From positions 2,184 to 66,183 of the forward strand of contig JAFGFT010000049.1 in NCBI GenBank assembly GCA_016930935.1: 64,000 bases of DNA, in the 5' to 3' direction. The translations under genes were made by a program, and so were the position numbers. The notes below the pieces were generated by a model. It was given only the letters and a program-made list of their open reading frames with translations. It had not been told where the DNA came from and did no database searches. Below are positions 28,000-36,622 of the stretch, piece by piece (position 1 is the first letter of the stretch; each line of letters opens with the position of its first letter). Origin of the DNA: Dehalococcoidia bacterium. GTDB taxonomy: Bacteria; Chloroflexota; Dehalococcoidia; GIF9; AB-539-J10.

Positions 28000-28028
28000 T
28001 TGACATGTCTGCCCTGATGGTACATTTT
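28000..28028 (+). promoter_or_regulatory. possible promoter of the membrane-protein / cyclase-like pair
   Basis: TTGACA at 28000-28005. The best -10 candidate, TACATT (28021-28026), gives only a 15-nt spacer. The spacer contains a third copy of TGCCCTGA (28010-28017). Confidence 0.25.
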
Positions 28029-28117
28029 TGCAGGGAGTAAATTGCATAACGTAGTGCCTGTGGGCGATTTCCGGCTTGCAGTCAACCGCCGGACGCCGAG
28101 GCAACGTGAGGTGCGAG

Positions 28118-28726
28118 ATGAGCGAACCGTTGGGTGATTCCAGCAGTAGGACGGAAGTGACGGGACTGGAGCGACGGATGGTGCACGAGTCCATGAAGGA
28201 TGGACTTGGCGATCTGTGCCTTGGGGTCTGTGTGCTGGCATGGGGACTAGCCATCAGGTTCGACTTGGCAGCGTTCATCGGCGCTTTCTGCGCGGTTGCG
28301 GTGACAATGGTGTGGCCTCTCAAGAAGTGGCTCACCTACCCGCGTGTGGGCGCCGCGAAACCAGGTACGCAGATGGCGATGAATAAACGATTCATGATGC
28401 TGCTTGCTGGCATGGCATTATTTGGCATTGTCGCATTTTCACTCGTCTCACAGGGGCCTGGAGCCTTCATTCGTGAGTACTTTCCAGTGGTCTTTGGTGT
28501 GGTCTTCGCGATATTCCTGAGCGTTGTTGGCTACTGGCTTGGCGTGGCACGGTTCCATGTCTATGGGCTGCTGCTGGCCCTGGCTGGCGCCGTGCACCAG
28601 TGGGGTGGCGTTGACCTGTGGACCACAGTAGCGACTGCAGGCCTTCTTATTCTCATCCCGGGAGCATGGGTCCTGATCCGCTTCCTTCGCGATAATCCTG
28701 TTCGAGGTGAGACTCCGGATGAATGA
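28118..28726 (+). CDS. polytopic membrane protein (5-6 TM), no recognised domain
   Basis: ATG 28118 behind GTGAGGTG (the track start TTG 28076 is also possible). Hydrophobic helices LCLGVCVLAWGLAI, FIGAFCAVAVTMVW, FMMLLAGMALFGIVAFSLV, VVFGVVFAIFLSVVGYWLGV, LLLALAGAV, VATAGLLILIPGAWVLI. Confidence 0.65.
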   Translation: MSEPLGDSSSRTEVTGLERRMVHESMKDGLGDLCLGVCVLAWGLAIRFDLAAFIGAFCAVAVTMVWPLKKWLTYPRVGAAKPGTQMAMNKRFMMLLAGMALFGIVAFSLVSQGPGAFIREYFPVVFGVVFAIFLSVVGYWLGVARFHVYGLLLALAGAVHQWGGVDLWTTVATAGLLILIPGAWVLIRFLRDNPVRGETPDE

Positions 28727-28785
28727 AGGGCCTGCGTGCGAAGCAATCCAGCGGGCGCGGACTCCAAGTGGCAAGGAGGTTGGTG

Positions 28786-29694
28786 ATGTCGGACGAACAT
28801 GAATCGCTGGGCTATGGAAAAGGGATTGTCGCATTCGTCGACATCCTTGGATTCAGAGAACGGGTGATGCAGACAGAGGGCAACGCAGCGCTCATTCGTG
28901 AAGTCTGGGAGATTCTGCAGTCTTCAAAGAGCTATGTGGAAGACCTGCCAGGAGGAGGTAGTGCGGGAGCAACGGCCTGCCAGCTCTCGAACTCAGTGGT
29001 GCTCTACATGCCGATGTCGGAAAGTGAGTCAGTTCGTGCGTTCTTGAACTGGTTAAGTACGTTTCTGTTGGAATCGGTCAACCGGGGATGGCTATTGCGT
29101 GGTGGTATCGCGGCAGGAGAGATGCTGGTTGACGGTCCTGTGTGGTTTGGCCCTGCGATGGTGCGGGCACGCGACCTTGAAAGGATGGCGGTCTGGCCGC
29201 GACTCATAGTCGACCCGAAGATGCAGGATGGTGATTTCGCGGATGCACTGCTCAACTTCTGCACTGTATCTCCTGACGGGTTTCTGTCACTGGACTACCT
29301 CGGTGTCGTGGCAGCGAGAGCAATCTCACTGACGGCTGCCATTGAGACGCGGGTGGGGAAAGTCCTCGTCGAGGGGGAAACCTCCTGTGACCTGGATTCC
29401 GTGATGGGTATCACTGAATTCATACTCCACGGAGATGTCATTGCGATGGCGCTCGCTGATGATGTGAGCGCGGCGGATTCGCGAGTCCGTGCCAGGTATT
29501 CATGGATGGCAACCTACCACAACGCTACCATTCGCACGATTTGTGACGCGGCCGGTGGTGATGGACAGGCAAGGGATTCTCTGCTGGCCCGGGTGGAATG
29601 GCACGGTGAACGCGAACTGAAGGGTGTTAGCCGCAGTGCAGTGGGCAATGTCCTGAAGAGAATGGCATCAGCGGTTGAAGAACTGCAGGTCTAG
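28786..29694 (+). CDS. divergent class III nucleotidyl-cyclase-like (palm-fold) protein with uncharacterised C-terminal half
   Basis: ATG 28786 is 5 nt after AAGGAGGT (the track ATG 28723 overlaps the upstream stop as ATGA). GIVAFVDILGFRERV ... QLSNSVVLYMP ... LLRGGIAAGEMLVDGPVWFGPAMVRARDLE parallels the cyclase signature by eye. Confidence 0.5.
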   Translation: MSDEHESLGYGKGIVAFVDILGFRERVMQTEGNAALIREVWEILQSSKSYVEDLPGGGSAGATACQLSNSVVLYMPMSESESVRAFLNWLSTFLLESVNRGWLLRGGIAAGEMLVDGPVWFGPAMVRARDLERMAVWPRLIVDPKMQDGDFADALLNFCTVSPDGFLSLDYLGVVAARAISLTAAIETRVGKVLVEGETSCDLDSVMGITEFILHGDVIAMALADDVSAADSRVRARYSWMATYHNATIRTICDAAGGDGQARDSLLARVEWHGERELKGVSRSAVGNVLKRMASAVEELQV

Positions 29695-30050
29695 GTTTCT
29701 CTGGACACGCTGTCATTTGCGGATGCGGACCCACACGACGCCCTTGATTCATGACAGCAGGGCTCTTGTGCGGTTGTCCGATTGAACGCTTCAGAAAGAA
29801 CGGGACGCACAGTGCCGTGCATACAGGCAGAGACTGTGGTTGGTCTCAGTGCGTAGGCATGGTCCACAGAGGTTCTCTACCCTGGTTGCATGACTATCAT
29901 TTTCCCCGATATGCGCATTGACTGCCTCGGTTCGCGATAGTCTTTTCTGATATGATGTCTGGCCAATCAGCGGACTCGGGCCTCGCCTCTAGTGGTGGCA
30001 TTCCTGGCATCAGGTCGTGGTCCCCGCCTGTTATGCACGACCTGACGGTT

Positions 30051-31235
30051 ATGGCAAAGGAGGCCAGACGATTGAACACGGACGTCCGCATCGAGGAAGT
30101 TGCTCTCGGAGATCCCCGCCTCAAGCTCTTTGCAGAATTGCCATGGCGTTTGTATCGCAACGACCCGTGCTGGACTCCGCCTCTCCGCGGTGACCTGCTT
30201 GGCAGTCGCGCGCTTGGCCTGAAAGGGCTGCTGACTCCCGCACATCCGTATCACGGGGATGCTGAAGTGACGCATTTCATGGCGTGGAAGGATGAGGTGC
30301 TGGTTGGCCGTGTCTCTGCGGCGGTGAACCGACTGTTCAATGAGCACTATGGCTCGCAGATTGGGTCCTTTGGTTTCTTTGAAACGATTGAGGACTACGA
30401 CGTTGCTTCAGCGTTGCTGGACGCAGCTCGCGATTGGGTGAAGGCTCGAGGTATGACGGTCCTTCGAGGGCCGGGGGAGTACTCTAACAGTACTCATGAG
30501 CGACAGGGAATTCTCATAGATGGATTTGAGTTTCCGCCGACGGTGGAGTTGACCCACAACTTTCCGTACTACGGAGAGTTCGTGGAGCGCTACGGTTTCA
30601 GCAAAGCGATGGACTACCATGCCTACATAATGGAGCTCCAGACACCGATTCATCCCGCACTCAAGATGCTTGGCGACCGTGCGAAGAGACGACACAACAT
30701 AACGACCCGAAAGGTCAATCTTAAGGAATTACGTTCCGAAGTGCGGCTGATAGCGAAGCTGTTCAATGAAGCGTGGGCTGAGAACTGGGGTTTCATGCCC
30801 CTGCTGGATGAGGAAGCGGACGCCGTCGCGGATACTCTGCGTCCGGTCATTGACCCCGGACTGATGCGCTTCGCCTATGTGGACGGTGAGCCTGCTGCGG
30901 TGCTTGGTGCTCTGCCTGACCCGAATCATGCGCTGCGCCCCCGATGGAAGTGGTATGGAGACTCCGACATTGTTCGTGTGGCGAGGTTGATGCGTATGCG
31001 GCGGCACATCCCGCTTATTCGGCTGATGTTCTTTGGAGTGCCTCCGCGCTTCCGGAGAATCGGCCTCGACGGGTTGCTGTTCAACGAGGTCAAAGGATAC
31101 GCGCAGCAGCATGGGTATCAGCAGTGTGAGGCATCGATGCTGCTGGAGGACAACTACCGCATCATCGGCTCGTCAGAGTTCATGGGGGGTCACCGCTACA
31201 AGACCTGGCGTATCTACGACCTTCCGCTCATGTAG
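30051..31235 (+). CDS. two-lobed GNAT-like acyltransferase-family protein (about 395 aa)
   Basis: Start chosen at ATG 30051 (MAKEARRLNTDVRIEEV). LYRNDPCWTPPL N-terminal motif and C-terminal FFGVPPRFRRIGLDGLLF (GNAT motif-A-like). No clear SD for any candidate start. Confidence 0.55.
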   Translation: MAKEARRLNTDVRIEEVALGDPRLKLFAELPWRLYRNDPCWTPPLRGDLLGSRALGLKGLLTPAHPYHGDAEVTHFMAWKDEVLVGRVSAAVNRLFNEHYGSQIGSFGFFETIEDYDVASALLDAARDWVKARGMTVLRGPGEYSNSTHERQGILIDGFEFPPTVELTHNFPYYGEFVERYGFSKAMDYHAYIMELQTPIHPALKMLGDRAKRRHNITTRKVNLKELRSEVRLIAKLFNEAWAENWGFMPLLDEEADAVADTLRPVIDPGLMRFAYVDGEPAAVLGALPDPNHALRPRWKWYGDSDIVRVARLMRMRRHIPLIRLMFFGVPPRFRRIGLDGLLFNEVKGYAQQHGYQQCEASMLLEDNYRIIGSSEFMGGHRYKTWRIYDLPLM

Positions 31236-31245
31236 CATCGGGCGG

Positions 31246-32850
31246 TCAAGGTTCCTCGTTGCGCTTGACGTGGAGCGGCAGCAGCTTACCCCTTGCTGTG
31301 ATTGAGGGGGGTTCTCTCCTGACGCGGAGCGTGTTCGATTGTGCCCAGACCTGGCTGGCAAAGCTGCCGGGCTGGCTGCGTGATGCCAGATTGTCAATCA
31401 CGGTTTGTATGAGCGCGTCCTCGTCGAGCCTTCCCAGGTTGGGATTGACGACTATCGTGATGCGCGGCAGACCGTCCATGTCTTCTTCTTCCAAGAACTG
31501 GTAGTCCAGGAGGCTACCGCCGAATGCTGCGGGCAACACGGTTTCTGCCAGTTCGAGAAAGGATGAGGCAGTCACGTTCATCCCTGCGCTGGTCAGTTTG
31601 TCAAAACTGCGAATGTGTGAGATGTGTTCTGTGAAACCGAGGCGGCCGAAGTAGCAGTCACAATCTCGCTCTGTCATTGTTCCGCTGTCTCCTGACTCCA
31701 CGTTTATCAGGAGTTTTGGTGCAGTGGGCAGCAGCGTGGTGAACAGGAACGCGTCGACGGTCTCGTTTGCATGCTCTATGTACCGTTTGTGCTGAATGGC
31801 AGCAATGGAATCCTGCAGCAGGTGGACTTCATCCTCAATCTCGGGGTTGAGGCAGCCTATGCCTACATATCCGCCCTCGATGAATACGAAGAGAGGTGAA
31901 CACTCTGCCCCGGACTTCCTGATGATGGAGAGCTTTGGCAGTGTCACAGGCTCTCCACCAATCATGAAGAGCACATGGCTCATATCTGTGGAACGGGCCA
32001 ACGCGTTGCTGCAGACGCGTACTGCGTTGCTGGGGTCTGTTAGAACAATACAGCCGCCATGCTGTGTTCTCACGTCCTGAATACACAGGGCGACCATCTC
32101 GGTCTCAGTTGGAGGTGCATGCACAGGAGATGGCAGTTCGACACCCGCAATTCGGCCTGCCAGAAGAGTGAATCTGTTGATGAAGTGGTTCTTGGTGGAT
32201 GAATATCCCTCTTGCTCTTTCACAGTAGTGAACCATCGGACTGGTGCCTTCCCTGCCTTCGCATGTGCGAGGAGTTCCAATGGCCCGTATCCGGGGGCAA
32301 CAGGAGACCACATCACTACTGGATAGGGAGACATGCCGTGCGCATCGAACGTAAGTAGCTTGTAGGTGGTCCGTGCCAGGGCAAGGTGTGAGAGGTCGTA
32401 TGCGGTTCTCGTTCCCGGACCCGTGCTTCCTCCGCTTCGTGCCTCTATCTGCCCTGCAGCAAGCGGGTTGTCGAAATCATTGGCCGCGAGTTCGTAGCTC
32501 CAGGAACCGCGTACGATTGGCTTTCTTGCCTTGAACTCCTCGAAGCTGAGCCACACTCCGCTCTGTGCCAGCTTCGCCAGCATGGCGTTGAGCCCGTCAT
32601 GCTGCACCATGTGCTCGATGTCCCCGTATTCGCAGCCAGCCATACGCATGAGTGCGAGGTACGGGCTTCCATGATTCTCAAACACGGCATGGCGGATGAT
32701 GCCCAGAAAGCGAAGGGCACTTGTGTGAAGCCGCTGCGACACAATGGCAGCGCTTTCTTCAAGCGTAAGTGGAGAACGCAGAAAGGGGGGCAAACCTGTT
32801 GCGTACCGCGTCAACATGCGGAGCGAGGCTATGATTGAGGTGGGCGACAT
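31246..32850 (-). CDS. adenylate-forming enzyme, PaaK / CapK / F390-synthetase-like
   Basis: 534 aa. The phosphate-loop-like SGGSTGPGTR resembles the SSGTTG A3 motif. Convergent with the GNAT-like gene, with stops 10 nt apart. Confidence 0.45.
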   Translation of the reverse strand: MSPTSIIASLRMLTRYATGLPPFLRSPLTLEESAAIVSQRLHTSALRFLGIIRHAVFENHGSPYLALMRMAGCEYGDIEHMVQHDGLNAMLAKLAQSGVWLSFEEFKARKPIVRGSWSYELAANDFDNPLAAGQIEARSGGSTGPGTRTAYDLSHLALARTTYKLLTFDAHGMSPYPVVMWSPVAPGYGPLELLAHAKAGKAPVRWFTTVKEQEGYSSTKNHFINRFTLLAGRIAGVELPSPVHAPPTETEMVALCIQDVRTQHGGCIVLTDPSNAVRVCSNALARSTDMSHVLFMIGGEPVTLPKLSIIRKSGAECSPLFVFIEGGYVGIGCLNPEIEDEVHLLQDSIAAIQHKRYIEHANETVDAFLFTTLLPTAPKLLINVESGDSGTMTERDCDCYFGRLGFTEHISHIRSFDKLTSAGMNVTASSFLELAETVLPAAFGGSLLDYQFLEEEDMDGLPRITIVVNPNLGRLDEDALIQTVIDNLASRSQPGSFASQVWAQSNTLRVRREPPSITARGKLLPLHVKRNEEP

Positions 32851-32991
32851 GGACCCAGCATATCAAAACCGTAAGGCATGTCTTGGTGGTCAGTCCGAGC
32901 ATTCACGTGGCCGCACTGCGATTGCCTCACTGCACAGTCGGCCCAACCCTGAATGGAGAGACACCATCGTGACAGGAGCCTCTATAGACTG

Positions 32992-33918
32992 CTACAAATC
33001 GTCTTCGTCGAACACCACGTGGCGAGAGTTGCCTCGTCGTGATTCCCCTGTGGGGCGGCTACTCTGTCGCCTTCGAGGTTCATCCCAGGTGCGTTGACCT
33101 CGGGAGCCACTGCGTTGAGAGGGCTTCGCCGTCTTCATTCTTCGGGGTATCTTGCCCTCTTTCTCGTCTATGCCAGGGAAGGCCGGTTTCTCTATTCGCG
33201 GACCGTATTGGGGGGGTCTGGGGGAACCTGTGTAAGAGCTTGGACCCTGTTGCGGAGGTCTGTCACGCCAATTGCCGTTATCTCGTGAATCACCTTGCCA
33301 CTGTCGTGGACCTGAAGGGGAAGGCCGGAAAGGAGGACGCGATTGGGCGTTGTAGCCGTCTCGCGCCGGAGGCGCAGGTCTGCTTCCTGATTCTCCATTG
33401 CCTCTGGAGTCACGAAATGGAGGACGTCCGTCGTGGTCAGCGGGCCTGAATGGAGGACGTCCATCCTGGTTGGCTGGCCGATATGGAGGACGTCCGTCTC
33501 TGTCGGTCGGCCTGAAAGGGGGGCGTGATTGACTATTGTAGCCGTCTCGCGACGGTCGAGTAGGGCTGCTACCGGAGTCGCCGTTGCCCCTGGAATCGCG
33601 ATACGGAGGACGCCCATCTTGATTGGCAGGTCGGAATGGAGGGCGTCCGTCTCTGTCTTTGGGACGGAACGGAGGACGTCCATCTTGATTGGCAGGCCGA
33701 TACGGAGGGCGCGCATCTCGCCCTGCTGGTTGGGAAGCAGGCGCACCATTGTGGTTGGTTGGCACCCTGGGAGTGCTTCGCGAAGGTGCATTCTCTGCTG
33801 AATCAGCGCGTGCGGGCGGGTCAGGCCTGATGTCTTTGGAAGCGGGACGATGCTGGCTGTTCTCATCGCCGGCCTGGGCCGGCATCGTGGCTGGTGTTGT
33901 TGCGTCGCTATCTGTCAC
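32992..33918 (-). CDS. Pro/Arg/Gly/Asp-rich intrinsically disordered repeat protein
   Basis: GTG 33918. Eight copies of the 11-aa unit DGRPP(F/Y)RPxxx nested in two 62-aa units. Repeat copies differ mainly at third codon positions of this frame. Acidic C-terminus VVFDEDDL. Confidence 0.6.
   Translation of the reverse strand: MTDSDATTPATMPAQAGDENSQHRPASKDIRPDPPARADSAENAPSRSTPRVPTNHNGAPASQPAGRDARPPYRPANQDGRPPFRPKDRDGRPPFRPANQDGRPPYRDSRGNGDSGSSPTRPSRDGYNSQSRPPFRPTDRDGRPPYRPANQDGRPPFRPADHDGRPPFRDSRGNGESGSRPAPPARDGYNAQSRPPFRPSPSGPRQWQGDSRDNGNWRDRPPQQGPSSYTGSPRPPQYGPRIEKPAFPGIDEKEGKIPRRMKTAKPSQRSGSRGQRTWDEPRRRQSSRPTGESRRGNSRHVVFDEDDL
33319..33711 (-). repeat. nested coding tandem repeat (33-nt unit inside a 186-nt unit)
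   Basis: Core GGAGGACGTCC or a one- to three-mismatch variant at 33419, 33452, 33485 and at 33605, 33638, 33671, 33704. The 33-nt spacing and the 186-nt offset between the two sets were read directly. Confidence 0.85.
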
Positions 33919-34012
33919 GCCGCGCAGGATACATGCTCAGGCGAAACGATGCAAGTTCTCAGTGGCAAAGAGTCGATATCAGGGCAAATTCTCTCATCTG
34001 CAGGTCAGGATT

Positions 34013-35188
34013 TCAGCCGAGGTTGCCGGACATTCCGAGTATGACGAGTATTCCGAGGATGATGATGAGGCCAATGGCAGCGGCGAGCAGGACATAGTCG
34101 CCCGTGGTCTTCTCTTTTCGCTTGCGCGTTCCAGATCCGGCAGTGTGGGAATAGTCCCAGACAGGGGGTTGCTGTCGACGCGGAGCGCTGCCTTTCCTCT
34201 TCCTTGGCGCCCGTTCCGGTATCGGAGCGTCCGAAGGAGCTGCACGGCCAATCTGGTCCGGCGTGAAGAAATTCCTGCACACCACACAGCACCAGAGTTC
34301 CTGCTGGTCGCTGTAGACGAGTCCCGCACCACAGTGCGGACAACCAGGTTGAGATGGGCGTCGCTTTCTGCTGCTGCGACGCGGAGCAGGTGAAGACTGA
34401 ACCGTGGTATTCCAGGTATCCGTAGTCCTATCGAAGTCGAAGCGGCGTCCGTTGCACTGTGAATTGGCACAGCGCCATGTGCCCTGCTCGATGTCATAGA
34501 GCATCATTGGCAGTCCGCAGTGCGGGCATTCATCGCGCAGCGGCTTGTGGCATTTCCAGCAGGGTTCGTTCATGCGTGAAACGTTCGGGTTGAGCGCGCC
34601 ACAGTAGGTGCATTTCTTGATGAGGCCACGCTCCGCAGAGGGTCTGAGCCATTCATCCACAAGTGCAGGCCACGCAGGGTTGCTCAACTTTGCCTTGCGG
34701 TCACTCTCTGTCAGGGGTGAGAACGCATCGCAATTCGTTTGTGGCGTACTGTACGGGCACAGGAATGGCTCGCGGTCGTAGAATCGCGCACACCATGAGC
34801 ATTGTGTGGCTTGAAAGGCACGAAATCGTATTCTTCGGAGAGGTGGTGCCTGTGGGGCGTCTATAGCCTGCAATTCAGGGGAGCCGGCGACGTCGAAGCG
34901 GCAGCCGCAGTGCTTGCACTGCCAGCGGTTGTAGTTCATTGCGATGACTTCGTGTGTCCCGCAGGTCGGGCACTCGACCGGACAACGGTCGTACTCAGCC
35001 CGGGACTTCTCGTCTACAAGGACCTGGTAGGCCGTGTTGATGCGACGAAACGTCGCCTCGGCCTCAGGTTTGCCGGGGTTGCGGTCGGGATGCCACAGAC
35101 GGGCGAGCCTGCGGAAGGACGCGTTGATGTCCTCTTGTGTGGCCTCTCTGCTGAGTTCGAGAACCTCGTAGTAGTGGTATTTCCTCAT
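34013..35188 (-). CDS. J-domain (DnaJ-like) protein with multiple zinc ribbons and C-terminal TM anchor
   Basis: YYEVLEL...LARLWHPDRNP (HPD motif). At least five CxxC...CxxC ribbons (CPTCG/CKHCGC, CTYCG/CWKC, CPHCG/CANSQC, CPHCG/CVVC). Terminal LLAAAIGLIIILGILVILGM. Confidence 0.8.
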   Translation of the reverse strand: MRKYHYYEVLELSREATQEDINASFRRLARLWHPDRNPGKPEAEATFRRINTAYQVLVDEKSRAEYDRCPVECPTCGTHEVIAMNYNRWQCKHCGCRFDVAGSPELQAIDAPQAPPLRRIRFRAFQATQCSWCARFYDREPFLCPYSTPQTNCDAFSPLTESDRKAKLSNPAWPALVDEWLRPSAERGLIKKCTYCGALNPNVSRMNEPCWKCHKPLRDECPHCGLPMMLYDIEQGTWRCANSQCNGRRFDFDRTTDTWNTTVQSSPAPRRSSRKRRPSQPGCPHCGAGLVYSDQQELWCCVVCRNFFTPDQIGRAAPSDAPIPERAPRKRKGSAPRRQQPPVWDYSHTAGSGTRKRKEKTTGDYVLLAAAIGLIIILGILVILGMSGNLG

Positions 35189-35296
35189 GCTGCTGTAGTG
35201 GGGCCGGAGTGGGGCCGAATCCCTCGTACGTCAAGACACAGTGTCACGTGCACGACGATTCATAACACGATACCACAGACGGCGGCAGATTGCCTA

Positions 35297-35824
35297 TCAG
35301 AAATGCGATGTGTCGCGTGGCTCATTCAATAGCATTTCAAGGACCTGCACATCGACCGGCTTTCCGAACTTGTGGCCGACTTCTCGCATCGTTCCGACGT
35401 CCTCAAACCCCACGTTGCGCACCAGTTTGAGGCTGGTTTCGTTGCTTGTCGCGATTCTGGCCAGCAGAACGTGAAATCCGGCTGTGCGTGCGCGGTCGAC
35501 AAGTTCCACAAGGAGTGTCCCGCCGATACCCTGTCTCTGCCATTGATGACTGACATAGACGGACGCCTCTGCGGTGTATCGATAACCGCCTTTGGGTGAC
35601 CACGCGCTGAGCGAGGCCCAGCCGACGACCCGTCCCTCCAATTCAGCTACGAGAATGGGGTGGCAGGTTTCATGGTGATAGAACCAGTCTGTTTGTGTCG
35701 CGAGTGTCGGCTCCTCCGTGTCCATTGTCGCCGCAGTGTTGGTCACTGCGTGGGCGTAGATCAACCTGATGGCAGGAATATCCATAGGATTGGCATGGCG
35801 AATCGACAGGTCGGGCGCCGACAT
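35297..35824 (-). CDS. GNAT N-acetyltransferase (phosphinothricin/YncA-like)
   Basis: GAAGGA SD. IRHANPMDIPAIRLIY and QRQGIGGTLL (motif A Q/RxxGxG). Confidence 0.8.
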   Translation of the reverse strand: MSAPDLSIRHANPMDIPAIRLIYAHAVTNTAATMDTEEPTLATQTDWFYHHETCHPILVAELEGRVVGWASLSAWSPKGGYRYTAEASVYVSHQWQRQGIGGTLLVELVDRARTAGFHVLLARIATSNETSLKLVRNVGFEDVGTMREVGHKFGKPVDVQVLEMLLNEPRDTSHF

Positions 35825-36197
35825 AGTCCTTCAGCGATTGTAGTATGAGGTTTGCTACTGCGCAATGGATAGGCGAGTCAACGCTGATTTGATGTTCCTC
35901 AGTCTTGTCATTTGCTGACAATTGCCGCAGTCCTGTCAGCCCGAATACAATCGCTTTCGACCGGTGGCCCGTCCAGAGACGGTTGAGCTGCCGCACGTGA
36001 GAAGGGTGGAGATGTGACTGCACAGCGCCTTGCCTGTGTAGCTGAAATTGCCCCGTGCCTTCAGGTGTGCAGATTATGTACCAAAACACCCCCGACCAAA
36101 GTGTCCATGTAGTGGTATCAGGGAGATTGCTTTGTGTGTTCCTGAGTACTACTCTCATTCTTCACTATCGAGATGACTTGATTCTGAGAATATTGCG

Positions 36198-36491
36198 ATG
36201 CCAACGTCAAGGCGTGATGAGGGAATGAACGCGTACGCGTACGCGATTGTGTGCACTCTGGTGCTCGTAGTTGGTTGGGTCGTCTCGCTTCGGTACGTTC
36301 CGACCAGTTGGCCCATAGTGGCTGTGGATGGGGTGGGATACATGCTGTCAGTGGTGATAATGGCAGGGGGTTACTCTCAACTCAAGCGAGCTGTGCGGAC
36401 GCCTGTCGCGGTCTTGATTACCGTTGCAACGTGGCTCGTTATCGTCTTGCTGGTTCGAACGGCGCTGCTGGCGCTGTTCGGGTACGTGTGA
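36198..36491 (+). CDS. possible small 3-TM membrane protein
   Basis: Three hydrophobic helices. An alternative ATG at 36225 follows GAGGGA. No family motif. Confidence 0.35.
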   Translation: MPTSRRDEGMNAYAYAIVCTLVLVVGWVVSLRYVPTSWPIVAVDGVGYMLSVVIMAGGYSQLKRAVRTPVAVLITVATWLVIVLLVRTALLALFGYV

Positions 36492-36622
36492 AAGCCGCGC
36501 ACGACCTTTCCACAGGGGACGAGGTGTTCTCTCGCGAGCTGGTGTCCATAGTGGCAGTAACTTGCCGTACACCTCGGTTCGAAGAGTCTTCATATCCGAA
36601 GCCTGTGCGGTGAAGGACAGGC

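Noticed and set aside
28118-29694. Calling the pair a canonical Pycsar or CBASS system
   Set aside because: There is no cNMP-binding, TIR, patatin or endonuclease effector domain, and the second catalytic Asp of the cyclase motif is not evident. Only a cyclase-like fold hypothesis is justified.
33039-34393. Alternative-frame and opposite-strand ORFs across the Pro/Arg repeat (33039..33449, 33192..33866, 33689..34393 and others)
   Set aside because: Repeat DNA keeps several frames open. Only the 32992..33918 frame shows variation between repeats concentrated at third codon positions and shares a strand with the upstream J-domain gene.
36452-36460. GGTTCGAAC, a tRNA T-loop-like string
   Set aside because: No acceptor, D or anticodon arm complementarity around it. 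It lies inside a hydrophobic ORF.
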